DNA of 64,000 bases, from the NCBI RefSeq assembly GCF_041916735.1, contig NZ_JAYRYY010000017.1; one strand, given 5' to 3'. Below, piece after piece: positions 1 to 9,074 of this stretch (position 1 is its first letter; every line of letters starts with the position of its first letter). The stretch is from Zoogloea sp. GTDB lineage: Bacteria; Pseudomonadota; Gammaproteobacteria; Burkholderiales; Rhodocyclaceae. A program made the translations under genes and the position numbers. Below the pieces are notes generated by a model. The model was given only the letters and a program-made list of their open reading frames with translations, was not told the origin of the DNA and ran no database searches.

Positions 1-417
1 GATCTGGGGCAGCCAGCTGTCCTGGTCCAGCACGGCATTGCCGAGCACCCGCAGCTTGACCCCGAAGACGTCCTGATTGAAGGCGAATCCGTTCCCCAGC
101 CCGAGTGCGCCGCCCACCTCGCGGGTGTTGAAGCGCTGGCGGGCGTAGGACAATTCGAGGCGATCCCACAGGCCCACGGCGACGCCGCCCGTGGCCAGCC
201 CGTAGTCCTGGGACCACACGCCGGTGTAGAAGGCGCTGGCGCCGATCTGGTCGCGGGTGCCGTAACCGGCGATCACCGCCCACGGCGTCAGCCCCCCGCC
301 GGCCGAGCCTTCCAACTGGGTGACGCCGCCCGTGAGCAGCAGCTTGTCGCTGCCGGCGAGGGCGGGCAATGCGGCCCCCCAGGCAAGCATGAGGGTCAGT
401 TTCTTGATAACGTGCAT
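1..417 (-). CDS. DUF3034 family protein, predicted exported/outer-membrane beta-barrel (N-terminal part only; runs off the window edge)
   Basis: Manual translation: MHVIKKLTLMLAWGAALPALAGSDKLLLTGGVTQLEGSAGGGLTPWAVIAGYGTRDQIG...GVKLRVLGNAVLDQDSWLPQI. Signal peptide followed by the GGV..EG.AGGG.TPWA motif I associate with DUF3034; GGAGG RBS upstream. Confidence 0.8.
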   Translation of the reverse strand, partial: MHVIKKLTLMLAWGAALPALAGSDKLLLTGGVTQLEGSAGGGLTPWAVIAGYGTRDQIGASAFYTGVWSQDYGLATGGVAVGLWDRLELSYARQRFNTREVGGALGLGNGFAFNQDVFGVKLRVLGNAVLDQDSWLPQI

Positions 418-481
418 GGCAATCTACCTCCCGAGGTCTTGAATTGGGCGGCGCATTCCTCACCGGGTCCGCCGCACCCCA

Positions 482-510
482 ATTACGCGGGGTGTGGCAA
501 TCCGGATGCA
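482..510 (-). promoter_or_regulatory. Putative ECF sigma promoter TGCATCC-N16-CGTAAT driving the DUF3034 gene
   Basis: Reverse complement of 482-510 reads TGCATCC ggattgccacaccccg CGTAAT; same motif and spacing as 542-570 and 2261-2288. Confidence 0.75.
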
Positions 511-541
511 CACGGGCTTGCCCGCCCGCCATGGCCGGTCC

Positions 542-570
542 TGCATCCGCCAACGCGCCGTGTGCGTAAT
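542..570 (+). promoter_or_regulatory. Putative ECF sigma promoter TGCATCC-N16-CGTAAT driving the sigma/anti-sigma operon
   Basis: TGCATCC (542-548), 16-nt spacer, CGTAAT (565-570), about 105 nt upstream of the sigma start; ECF genes are commonly autoregulated. Confidence 0.75.
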
Positions 571-677
571 GGGGGAACACGCTGCCGTTCATGCTGGTCT
601 GCGCGCAGCGCCCCCGATCCACTCCCGGAGTTGTCCGAAATGGCCTCTGACGCCTGTCACTGCAAGGAGCGATGTCC

Positions 678-1352
678 ATGACCGAGGAGCTGCTGCCGGT
701 GATCCCGCCTGGCACCGCCCGGCCGCCCGGCCCCCTTGATGAGGGAGAAACGGGTGTGCCCCGGCGAGAAGAATGGGCTGCGCCGGATGATCTTGAACTG
801 GAGGCTTGTCTGAAACGCATCGGCGGTGGCGACGAGCTTGCCCTGGCCGACCTCTACGACGCCACCTGTGGTCGGGTGAATGGCATCGTCCTGCGCATCG
901 TCCGGGATACCGTGGCTGCCGAAGAGGTGGTGGAGGATGTCTTCTTCCAGGTATGGCGTCAGGCACTGCGCTACGATCCGGCCCGCGGTCGGCCGTTGGC
1001 GTGGATACTGACCATTGCGCGCAGCCGTGCGCTGGACCATCTGCGTCGCGCCGACCCGGCCGTGTGTCATCCCGAACCGCATACGCTGCTGGAATTCGAA
1101 CCCCATGCCGGCGGCGACCCGCCCGATCTTCTCGCCGCCTGCCAGGACAGCAGCCTCGTGCACGCCGCCCTGGCGGCCCTTGATCCCATACCGCGTCAGC
1201 TGGTGGCTCTGGTCTTTTTCCGCGGCCTTACCCACGAGGAAGTCGCCCAGCATGCAGGCCTGCCCCTCGGAACCGTCAAATCCCACGTCCGGCGTGCGTT
1301 GCTGAGTCTGCGTGCAACGCTGACCGCGCATATCGACAGGAGCACTGCGTGA
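678..1352 (+). CDS. ECF RNA polymerase sigma factor (SigK/RpoE-like)
   Basis: Region 2 (LADLYD...AEEVVEDVFFQVWRQA.RYDP.RG.PLAWILTIARSRALD) and region 4.2 (GLTHEEVAQHAGLPLGTVKSHVRRAL). AAGGAG spacing favours ATG 678 over 672. Confidence 0.92.
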   Translation: MTEELLPVIPPGTARPPGPLDEGETGVPRREEWAAPDDLELEACLKRIGGGDELALADLYDATCGRVNGIVLRIVRDTVAAEEVVEDVFFQVWRQALRYDPARGRPLAWILTIARSRALDHLRRADPAVCHPEPHTLLEFEPHAGGDPPDLLAACQDSSLVHAALAALDPIPRQLVALVFFRGLTHEEVAQHAGLPLGTVKSHVRRALLSLRATLTAHIDRSTA

Positions 1353-2185
1353 TGATGAACAACAAACACATGCTTGATCCCGACGATCCGGCCGGCGGGG
1401 GTGATGTGCACGACCATCTGCTCGAAGCCATTACGCCCGTCCCCTTGTCCCCCGATCGGGCTGATGCCGTGAAGCAGCGTCTGCTCACCCGTATCCGCGC
1501 CAGCCGCACTGCCGGTGCCGACTTCATCCATGTGCGCCTTGAGGAGGGCGAGTGGGGCCGTCTGGTGCCCGGCGTTCGCGTCAAGCGCCTGAGTGGCGAC
1601 GCCCGCTCGGTGCTGCTCGAACTGCAACCCGGCGCGGCGATCCCCTTCCATCGTCATCATGAAGACGAGGAATGCGTGGTGCTCCGCGGTGAGGCCCAGT
1701 TGGGCGATATCACCGTGGGGGTCGGCGACTATCACCTGGCCCGTTCCGGCAGTCGCCACGGTATCGTGCGTTCGGCTCGCGGGGCCCTGCTCTACCTGCG
1801 CGGCACGCCCATCGGCCATGGTATGGAGGTCGCCAGGGACGTGATCAGCGCCCTGCTCCCCGGTCGCGGTCAGGTGCCCCTCACGGTGCACCGCGACGAG
1901 GGAGAATGGACCGAACGCCAGCCCGGTGTCCGCCTCAAGCTGCTGCATGACGACGGGCACGAGCGCTCCCTCCTGCTCAGCCTCGCCCCGGGCGCCCATG
2001 CCGACTTCCGCGATCCGCCCCTCGACAGGGAATGCCTGGTGATCGAAGGCGAGGCCTTTGCGGGTGACAGGTTGCTGCGCGCCGGCGATTACCAGCTCGC
2101 CCCTGATGGAGTGCGGCAGCCGCCCTTAAGCAGCGACGTGGGCAGCCTGCTTTTCGTGCGTTCGTCGAGCCGGCCGGCCGCCTGA
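1349..2185 (+). CDS. ChrR-like anti-sigma factor with tandem cupin domains
   Basis: Overlaps the sigma stop (GTGA). Two cupin repeats (W..LVPGV.VK.L...S.LLEL.PG..IPFHRHHEDEECVVLRG and W...PGVRLKLL...SLLLSLAPGA...ECLVIEG). Confidence 0.82.
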   Translation: MMMNNKHMLDPDDPAGGGDVHDHLLEAITPVPLSPDRADAVKQRLLTRIRASRTAGADFIHVRLEEGEWGRLVPGVRVKRLSGDARSVLLELQPGAAIPFHRHHEDEECVVLRGEAQLGDITVGVGDYHLARSGSRHGIVRSARGALLYLRGTPIGHGMEVARDVISALLPGRGQVPLTVHRDEGEWTERQPGVRLKLLHDDGHERSLLLSLAPGAHADFRDPPLDRECLVIEGEAFAGDRLLRAGDYQLAPDGVRQPPLSSDVGSLLFVRSSSRPAA

Positions 2186-2260
2186 GGGGGGTGTCCGCGC
2201 CCTGCGGGCCGGGTGACTGCGTCTTCTGACGTGGCACCCGGCCCGCGGTGCTTCAGGCCG

Positions 2261-2288
2261 TGCATCCAGGCCGGTATGGGCTGCGTAG
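2261..2288 (+). promoter_or_regulatory. Putative ECF sigma promoter TGCATCC-N16-CGTAG driving ferritin-like/cytochrome c genes
   Basis: TGCATCC (2261-2267), 16 nt, CGTAG (2284-2288), 47 nt upstream of ATG 2335. Confidence 0.72.
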
Positions 2289-2334
2289 AGGGGTTGAAGC
2301 ACCCGTTCCCATCCCCTCGTCAAGGAGTCAGACC

Positions 2335-2913
2335 ATGTCCGCCAATACCCTTCCTGCCCGCCGCAACTTCCTGTCCACCTCCGGCAAGGCCACCCTCTCG
2401 GTTGCCGCCATCGCCCTGCTTGCCGGGCGCCCCGATCTGGCCTCAGCCGCCCCAGGCGACATGGGCAAGGATGTGGACATCCTCAACGTCGCCCTGGGCC
2501 TCGAACACGAGGCCATCAACGCCTACCAGCTTGGCGCGGGCAGTGGCCTCTTGCAGAAGCCGGTGCTCGACGTGGCCGTGCTGTTCCAGTCCCATCACAA
2601 GGGGCACCGGGACGCGCTCATTGCCACCATCGAGAAGATGGGCGGCAAGCCGGTGATGGAAAGATCCCTCGACGACTACGCCAAGGCCCTCAATGCCGGC
2701 ACGCTGAAAAGTCAGGCCGATGTGCTGGCCCTGGCCACACGGCTCGAACTCGGCGCCGCCAATGCCTATCTTGGGGTGATCCCGTCCTTCAAGGACGCGG
2801 CGCTGGCCCAGGTGGCCGGGCGCCTCGCCGCCGACGAAACCATGCACTGGACGGCCTTGTCGTCCGCGCTGGGTCGCACGCTTCCGGCCAAGCCGCTGAG
2901 CTTCGGCGCATGA
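2335..2913 (+). CDS. Tat-exported ferritin-like (four-helix dimetal) protein
   Basis: Twin-arginine signal PARRNFL; ferritin-like ligand pattern LEHEAINAY, HHKGH, LELGAANAY, DETMH; AAGGAG RBS. Confidence 0.85.
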   Translation: MSANTLPARRNFLSTSGKATLSVAAIALLAGRPDLASAAPGDMGKDVDILNVALGLEHEAINAYQLGAGSGLLQKPVLDVAVLFQSHHKGHRDALIATIEKMGGKPVMERSLDDYAKALNAGTLKSQADVLALATRLELGAANAYLGVIPSFKDAALAQVAGRLAADETMHWTALSSALGRTLPAKPLSFGA

Positions 2914-3272
2914 AGCCCGCACTGTGCCTGGCCCTGGCCGGCCTGGCGGTGCTTGCGGCACCTGCCGGGGCGGCCGATGACGCCGACCCGGGCCGCGCCC
3001 TCTATGAGGCGCGCTGCGGTGGCTGCCACGCCCTCGCCGCGGACCGGGTCGGGCCGCGCCATGCCGGGGTGATCGGCCGCAAGGCGGGCAGCATCGCCGG
3101 CTTTGCCTACTCCCCGGCGCTCGCCCGCTCGCAGATTGTGTGGACCGAGGAGAGCCTGGAGCGCTGGCTGCGTGACCCGGAGGCCCTGGTGCCGGGCCAG
3201 CGGATGAACTTCCGGCTTGGCGACGCGGAGGAGCGGCGGCGGATCGTCGATTACCTGAGCCGCAATCGCTAG
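2910..3272 (+). CDS. Class I c-type cytochrome (cytochrome c2-like)
   Basis: Signal peptide, CGGCH heme motif, VGP, GR.AGS..GF.YS.AL, PGQRM axial Met; ATGA overlap with the ferritin-like gene. Confidence 0.92.
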   Translation: MKPALCLALAGLAVLAAPAGAADDADPGRALYEARCGGCHALAADRVGPRHAGVIGRKAGSIAGFAYSPALARSQIVWTEESLERWLRDPEALVPGQRMNFRLGDAEERRRIVDYLSRNR

Positions 3273-3276
3273 CGTC

Positions 3277-4230
3277 TCACGCTACCCGGTTGCGCGCCTC
3301 CCCGGCGGCGAAGGCTTCGATGTTGCCGATCAACTGGTCCGCCAGGGCCTGCATGGCCTCCCGGCTGGACCAGGCCACGTGGGGGGTGAGGATGAAGTTG
3401 CCCGCGTCCAGTAAATCGTGAGCGAGAAGGGGATTGTCCCGGGGTGGCTCCTCGCTCAGCACGTCGAAGCCGGCGCCGCCGATCTGCCTGTGGCGCAGGG
3501 CCTCGGCGAGGGCTGCTTCATCCACCAGACCACCGCGGGCGGTGTTGATGAGCAGGGCGCCGGGCTTCATGGCGGTGAGCTCTGCCGCACCGATCATGTG
3601 CCGGGTGGCGTCGTTGAGGGGGCAGTGCAGGCTGATTACGTCGGCTTCGCGGAGTAGCTGCGGGAAGGCCACGTAGCCTTCGCGCACCGTGTCGGCGCCC
3701 TTGCGCTCGCCGCGGATCACCCGCATGCCGAAGGCCTCGGCGAGGCGGGCGACGCCGTCGCCCAGGGTGCCGCTGCCGAGAATGCCCAGGGTCTGGCCGG
3801 CCAGGTCGCGGATGGGGTAATCGAAATAGCAGAACTGCTCGCTTCGCTGCCAGCGCCCGGCCGCCACCGAGCGGTGGAAGGGGCCGATCTGCCGGGACAG
3901 GGCCAGCAGCAGGGCAAAGACGTGCTCCGGCACGGTCTCGCGGGCGTAGCCGCGCACGTTGGAGACGACAATGTCGCGGGCCCGGCAGGCCTCCAGATCG
4001 ATGTTGTTGTAGCCGGTGGCGGCAATCGCCACCATCTTCAGTCGTGGCACGCCGGCCAGGATGTCGGCGGTCAGCAGGCGCTTGTTGACGACGGCAATGG
4101 TGGCGTCGGCCAGACGGGCCGCCACGTCTTCCTGGCGGGTGGCGTCGAATTCAATCCACTCGTGGGCAAAGGCCGGGCGCCGGACCTGGGCGATCAGGGC
4201 GCCGGCTTCAAGATTGACGATGCGGTGCAT
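3277..4230 (-). CDS. hprA: D-2-hydroxyacid dehydrogenase (glycerate dehydrogenase/hydroxypyruvate reductase-like)
   Basis: ATGYNNID, G.LG.G.LG Rossmann motif, DVISLHCPL, LINTARGGLVDE, DVL..EPP, LTPHVAW. Confidence 0.85.
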   Translation of the reverse strand: MHRIVNLEAGALIAQVRRPAFAHEWIEFDATRQEDVAARLADATIAVVNKRLLTADILAGVPRLKMVAIAATGYNNIDLEACRARDIVVSNVRGYARETVPEHVFALLLALSRQIGPFHRSVAAGRWQRSEQFCYFDYPIRDLAGQTLGILGSGTLGDGVARLAEAFGMRVIRGERKGADTVREGYVAFPQLLREADVISLHCPLNDATRHMIGAAELTAMKPGALLINTARGGLVDEAALAEALRHRQIGGAGFDVLSEEPPRDNPLLAHDLLDAGNFILTPHVAWSSREAMQALADQLIGNIEAFAAGEARNRVA

Positions 4231-4308
4231 GGGGCTTCCTGGAGCGGGGGGAGCCCAAGCATAGCGCGCCCCGGCGGCCGGGCAGAACCGGGGTTTACCG
4301 CAGGCGGC

Positions 4309-4941
4309 TCAGAACTCCACGCCGGCCTGGGCGGCGATGCCGGCCTTGAAGGCGTGCTTGACGACACCCATCTCGGTGACGGTGTCGGCGGCTTCGATCA
4401 GGGCCTCGGGGGCGCCGCGGCCGGTGACGATGACGTGCTGCATTTCGGGCCGGCTGTTGATGTCGTGGAGGACTTCGGCCAGGTCCAGGTAGGCGTACTT
4501 GAGGGCGATGTTGAGTTCGTCGAGGACGACCAGGCCGATCTCCGGATTGTCCAGGAAGCGCCGCGCCTGTTCCCACCCGGCTTTGGCGCTGGCCATGTCG
4601 GCACTGCGGTCCTGGGTGTCCCAGGTAAAGCCGTCGCCCATGACGTGCCAGCTCACCTCGGGCTGGCGGCGGAAGAAGGCTTCCTCACCCGTGTCGGAGC
4701 GGCCTTTGACGAACTGCACCACGCCCACCTTCATGCCGTGGCCGATGGCCCGGGCGAGTACGCCAAAGGCGGCGCTGGACTTGCCCTTGCCGTTGCCGGT
4801 GTTCACCAGCAGCAGGCCGCGGGTGTCGGTGGCGGCGGCGATGGCCGCGTCAACCACGGCCTTCTTGCGCTCCATGCGGGCCTTGTGGCGGGCGTTGCGT
4901 TCTTCGTCGGTGGACGTTGCGTTCAGGTCGGTTGCGCTCAT
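4309..4941 (-). CDS. cobO: Cob(I)yrinic acid a,c-diamide adenosyltransferase
   Basis: TGNGKGKSSAAFG, VVQFVKG, GFTW, VLDELN, VIVTGR, AD.VTEM..VKHAF..G..AQ.GVEF. Confidence 0.96.
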   Translation of the reverse strand: MSATDLNATSTDEERNARHKARMERKKAVVDAAIAAATDTRGLLLVNTGNGKGKSSAAFGVLARAIGHGMKVGVVQFVKGRSDTGEEAFFRRQPEVSWHVMGDGFTWDTQDRSADMASAKAGWEQARRFLDNPEIGLVVLDELNIALKYAYLDLAEVLHDINSRPEMQHVIVTGRGAPEALIEAADTVTEMGVVKHAFKAGIAAQAGVEF

Positions 4942-4970
4942 GGCTTCTCTCGGGGGTGGTTGTGACCGGT

Positions 4971-5753
4971 TCAGACCGGCACGAACAGGGTGTGTTCGCC
5001 ATCGGCGATGGCCCGCAGGGGGTGGCCGAAGGCGGCAGACAGACGCCCAGTGGTGAGCACCTCGGCCGCCGGGCCGATCACGTGGCCGCCCTCACCGTTG
5101 AGCAGCAGCACATGGCTGGCGTAGCGGGCGGTGAGGTTGATGTCATGGAGGACCATCACCACTCCCGCACCACTGCCGGCCAAGCCGCGAAAATGATCGA
5201 GAACGGCAACCTGATGGTGCAGATCCAGGTGGGCCAGGGGTTCATCGAGCAGATACAGGCGTGGCTGCTGGACGAGCAGGGTGGCAATGGCCAGGCGCTG
5301 GCGCTCGCCGCCGGAAAGGGTGGGTACCTGGCGCGTGGCAAAGCTTTCCAGGCCCATCTGCGCCAGGGCGGCCAGGGCAATCGCTTCGTCGTCCGGGCCT
5401 TCCCAGTCCCAGCGGCCCAGGTAGGGGTGGCGGCCGACCAGGGCGGTTTCCAGCACTGTGGCGCTGAAGAAGTCGGGCTGGCTTTGGGCGAGCAGGCCGC
5501 GTAGGCAGGCCTCATGGCCCCGGGGCCAGCCGGCGTAGGGCTGGCCGGACAGCAGCACGGCGCCACGGGCGGCATCGCGCAGGCCGGCGAGGGTATGGAG
5601 CAGGGTGGTCTTGCCGGCGCCGTTGCGGCCAAGGATCACCAGGGTGTCTCCGGCCTGGAGGGTGAAATCCAGCTCGCGACACACCTCCCGGCGCCCCACC
5701 TGGACGGTGAGCCGTTCGGCGGCCAGCACGGGGGGGCGGGCATCCATCTTCAT
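4971..5753 (-). CDS. btuD: Cobalamin/Fe3+-siderophore ABC transporter ATP-binding protein
   Basis: Walker A GRNGAGKTT, LSGGERQR signature, LLDEP, HD; ATGA-coupled to the permease. Confidence 0.88.
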   Translation of the reverse strand: MKMDARPPVLAAERLTVQVGRREVCRELDFTLQAGDTLVILGRNGAGKTTLLHTLAGLRDAARGAVLLSGQPYAGWPRGHEACLRGLLAQSQPDFFSATVLETALVGRHPYLGRWDWEGPDDEAIALAALAQMGLESFATRQVPTLSGGERQRLAIATLLVQQPRLYLLDEPLAHLDLHHQVAVLDHFRGLAGSGAGVVMVLHDINLTARYASHVLLLNGEGGHVIGPAAEVLTTGRLSAAFGHPLRAIADGEHTLFVPV

Positions 5754-6784
5754 CGCGGGTGACGGGCCAGCAGGAACAGGAACACGGGCACGCCGATCAG
5801 GGCGGTGAGCACCCCCACCGGCAGCTGGATGGGGGCCACGACGGTGCGTGCCGCGGTGTCGGCGGCGCACAGCAACACACCGCCGGCCAGGGTGGCGGCG
5901 GGCAGCAGCAGGCGCTGGTCGTTGCCGATGGCCAGGCGCACCAGGTGGGGCACGATCAGGCCGATGAAGCCTACCGAGCCGACGGTGGTGACCGCTACGG
6001 CAGTGAGCAGGGAGCCCAGACCGTAGACCAGCCCGCGCAGGCGCCCGACCCGCACGCCGAGGGCGCGGGCGGTGACTTCGCCACGGGTCAGCAGGTTGAG
6101 TTCGCGGGCGAAGGGCAGGGCCGCCGCAAGTCCGACGGCCAGCAAGGCCAGGGCCGGCCACGGCCGGGTGGCGCCGCTGGCGTCACCCATCAGCCAGAAC
6201 AGCATGCCCTTGACCCGCCCCTCCGGGGCCAGACTGAGCATCAGGGCCACCGCCGCGCCGCAGCCGGCGGCGACGATGACGCCGGTGAGGAGGAGACGGG
6301 TCTGGGTCCAGGACCCGTCTCCGTGGGCCAGCCCGAAGACCAGCAGGGTGGCGCCGAGGGCGCCGATGAAGGCTCCCGCGTCGATCCAGCCGGCCACGGC
6401 TCCGGCCAGGATGGCACCCAGCGCACCGACGGCAGCCCCGCCGGAGATCCCCAGCACGTAAGGATCGGCCAGGGGGTTGCGCAGCAGCACCTGCATCAGC
6501 GCACCGGCCAGGGCCAGCAGGCCACCGCAGGCAAAGGCGGCCACGGCCCGCGGCAGGCGCAGGCTGCGGATGATGTCGGCCTCCATGCCACCTTCGGTGC
6601 CGGAGAGGGCGGTCAGGAGGTCGTCGAAGGAGACCGGCAGGGCGCCGGCCGAGAGGGACCAGACAAAGGCCGCGAGAGCCGCCAGCACCAGGCCGGCGAG
6701 CACTGCCGCGGCGCGGCGGCGCAACGACAGCATGCCGGTGTTGCACCTTGCGGCCTGCTCCTGGGCCATGGTCCCTCCGCTCAT
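5750..6784 (-). CDS. btuC: FecCD/BtuC family ABC permease
   Basis: LRLPR, Q.LLRNPLADPY.LG.SGGAA, G.VGFIGL.VPH..R, LPVG..TAL.G.PVF. Confidence 0.9.
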   Translation of the reverse strand: MSGGTMAQEQAARCNTGMLSLRRRAAAVLAGLVLAALAAFVWSLSAGALPVSFDDLLTALSGTEGGMEADIIRSLRLPRAVAAFACGGLLALAGALMQVLLRNPLADPYVLGISGGAAVGALGAILAGAVAGWIDAGAFIGALGATLLVFGLAHGDGSWTQTRLLLTGVIVAAGCGAAVALMLSLAPEGRVKGMLFWLMGDASGATRPWPALALLAVGLAAALPFARELNLLTRGEVTARALGVRVGRLRGLVYGLGSLLTAVAVTTVGSVGFIGLIVPHLVRLAIGNDQRLLLPAATLAGGVLLCAADTAARTVVAPIQLPVGVLTALIGVPVFLFLLARHPR

Positions 6785-6787
6785 GTC

Positions 6788-8593
6788 TTACTTCGGAGCG
6801 TAGCGTACGCCGACGAAGACGTTGGCGCCGGGGGTGTTGTAGCCGTAAGCGGTCTCGTATTGCTTGTCGAGCAGGTTGTTCATCCGCCCTTCAACGGCCC
6901 ATTCGTGGGTGAGGGCGTACTTGGCATAGGCGTTGAGTACGCCATAGCCGCCCAGCGGACGGATCTCGTTGGCCCGGTCGTAGCGGTCGCCGGAGCCGCG
7001 CCACTCGACACCCATGGTGAGCGCCTGGATGCGCCGGCTGATGGAAAGGTTGGCGAACTTGTTGGCGCGGCGTTGCAGGCGCTTGTCCGTGTCGGCGTCC
7101 TTCGGGTCGAGGAAGTCCACGCTGGCGCTCAGGTCGAAGCCGGCCAGTTGTCCACCGTAACCCAGGGTGATGCCCTCGAGCTTGGCATTGGCCACGTTGC
7201 GGGGGATGAAGTTCTGGTCGTTGGCGATCAGGTTGCTGATGCGGTTGCGGTAATAGGTGGCGCTCAGGTTGTGGCTGCCCTTTTCCCACAGCAGGCCGAT
7301 TTCCTTGTTGTAGGCATTCTCGGGCTTCAGCTCGGGGTTGCCGAAGCCCGGGTAGTACAGCTCGTTGAAGGTCGGCGCCCGGAAGGCTGAGCCGATGCTG
7401 CCCTGGACGCGCAGGGTTGGCAGGATCTGGTAGCCGTAGCCGGCGTAGCCTGTGGTCTTGCCGCCGTACTGGGAGTTGTCGTCGTGGCGGGCGTTGAGCT
7501 GCAGGCGGTGGGCGTCGATGCTCGCCGTCCAGCCGAGCAGGAAGGAATTGACCGAGCGGCTGACATCGAAGGTGCCTTCGTTGGTGGCCTTTTGGTGCAG
7601 GTTTTCGTAGGCGGCAAGCAGGCTGCCCACCGGCAGGCGCACATCGTGCTGCCACATGAACTGGTTCTGGGTGGTCTTGATGGTGGCGCCGTTGGGAGCG
7701 TAGGAGGCGAAGTTCTCGTAATCGTCGATGGACTGGCCGAAGCGCACGGTGCTGGTCCAGATGTCGGTGAACCGGTTGCGACTGTAGAGGTTCCAGGCGC
7801 TCTGGGCGGCGTTGTTGTAGTTGTTGTAGGTCCGGCCCGAGTCGTACATGGAGCGGCTTTCGGCATAGAGCACCGAGCCGCCCAGTTCGTGACCAGCGGC
7901 AGGGCGCCAGGCGAAGTTGCCCGAGAAATTGCCGTTGCGGTACAGGTCGTTGTCGGGGTTGTAGGTGGACAGCTTGCGGTTCTGCGCGCTGAAGCTGTCC
8001 GTCTGGGAATAGCCGCCGCGTGCCGAATAGGATATCTGCTCGGTGCCGCCCGCCACGCCGGCGGAGACTTCACGGGTGCCGTAGCTGCCGGCGCCCACGA
8101 AGGCATTGATCTTCGGTTCGCCGCGGCCTTTTTTGGTGATGACCTGTATCACACCGCCGATGGCGTCGGCACCATACAGGGCCGAGGCGGGGCCGCGGAC
8201 GATCTCGATGCGTTCGATCTGGGACAGGGGAATGTCCTGCCAGGCGGCCGTGCCCAGGGTGGCGGAGCCCAGGCGCATGCCGTCCACGAGGAACAGGGTG
8301 TGCTTGGAGTTGGTGCCGCGGATGGAGATGTCGGTGGCCTTGCCCGGGCCGCCGTTGGAACTCATCTGGATGCCGGGCTGGCGGGCCAGCAGTTCGGGCA
8401 GCGAGAAGCTCGGGCCGGCCCGTTCGATACTCTCGCGGTCGATCACCGTGGTGTCGGCGATGGCCTCGTCGGCACGCTGGGCCTGACGGGTGGCGGTCAC
8501 GGTCACGGTGGGTTGATCGGTCCCGGCGGCCAGTGCTGGGGTAGAAAAAGCGGCAGCGACCGCGATGGCGGCAGCGGAAAGGCGGATGATCAT
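6788..8593 (-). CDS. btuB: TonB-dependent vitamin B12 receptor
   Basis: Signal peptide, TonB box TVTVTATR, plug motifs (IRGTNSKHTLFLVDG, IERIEIVRGPASALYGADAIGGVIQVIT), C-terminal N.LDK.YE...GY..PG; lies downstream of a cobalamin riboswitch. Confidence 0.93.
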   Translation of the reverse strand: MIIRLSAAAIAVAAAFSTPALAAGTDQPTVTVTATRQAQRADEAIADTTVIDRESIERAGPSFSLPELLARQPGIQMSSNGGPGKATDISIRGTNSKHTLFLVDGMRLGSATLGTAAWQDIPLSQIERIEIVRGPASALYGADAIGGVIQVITKKGRGEPKINAFVGAGSYGTREVSAGVAGGTEQISYSARGGYSQTDSFSAQNRKLSTYNPDNDLYRNGNFSGNFAWRPAAGHELGGSVLYAESRSMYDSGRTYNNYNNAAQSAWNLYSRNRFTDIWTSTVRFGQSIDDYENFASYAPNGATIKTTQNQFMWQHDVRLPVGSLLAAYENLHQKATNEGTFDVSRSVNSFLLGWTASIDAHRLQLNARHDDNSQYGGKTTGYAGYGYQILPTLRVQGSIGSAFRAPTFNELYYPGFGNPELKPENAYNKEIGLLWEKGSHNLSATYYRNRISNLIANDQNFIPRNVANAKLEGITLGYGGQLAGFDLSASVDFLDPKDADTDKRLQRRANKFANLSISRRIQALTMGVEWRGSGDRYDRANEIRPLGGYGVLNAYAKYALTHEWAVEGRMNNLLDKQYETAYGYNTPGANVFVGVRYAPK

Positions 8594-8743
8594 TTTATGG
8601 TTTCTCCCTTGCCCGGCCGCGTCCCCGCCGCCGGGTGGATTGCGCATGGCGGCGCCGGGGGAGGTTTTGCAGAGAGAGTCCGGAAAGATCCATGACCGCG
8701 CTCGTCGCCACCACCCCGTGGCACTGCCGCTTCATGTGATCAA

Positions 8744-8970
8744 GGCCGGTATCCGGGCTCGCAGGCGGGGCCGGCAGGGCAGCAATGATGCCGAGCCGGA
8801 CGTGGTGTATCGCCTTCCCAGGCCAGTGGCCCAGTGGCGGTGTGACACACTTTGCGCTTGCTTACCGTTGCGGGGGCAGCACAGGCATTGCGGCTTCGGC
8901 GAGAAGCACGCGCACCTGTTTCCCGTTTAACTCCGGGTCTGGACGACCTGTGGAGCACCTGGAACACGTT
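8744..8970 (-). ncRNA. Cobalamin (AdoCbl) riboswitch
   Basis: Minus strand contains the conserved B12-element blocks in order: AGGTGC, GTTAAACGGGAA.CAGGTG, AATGCCTGTGCTGCCCCCGCAACGGTAAG, GCCACTG, TGGGAAGGC, GAGCCCGGATACCGGCC; upstream of btuB. Confidence 0.95.
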
Positions 8971-9074
8971 TGCCCGGTAAAGTGCTTGATGCACCGGACA
9001 GCCTGACATAATACCACCTAAATCAGATACTTCCTGAAATTGACCTCCGTTCACGGAACGATTCAAGCGTCCTT

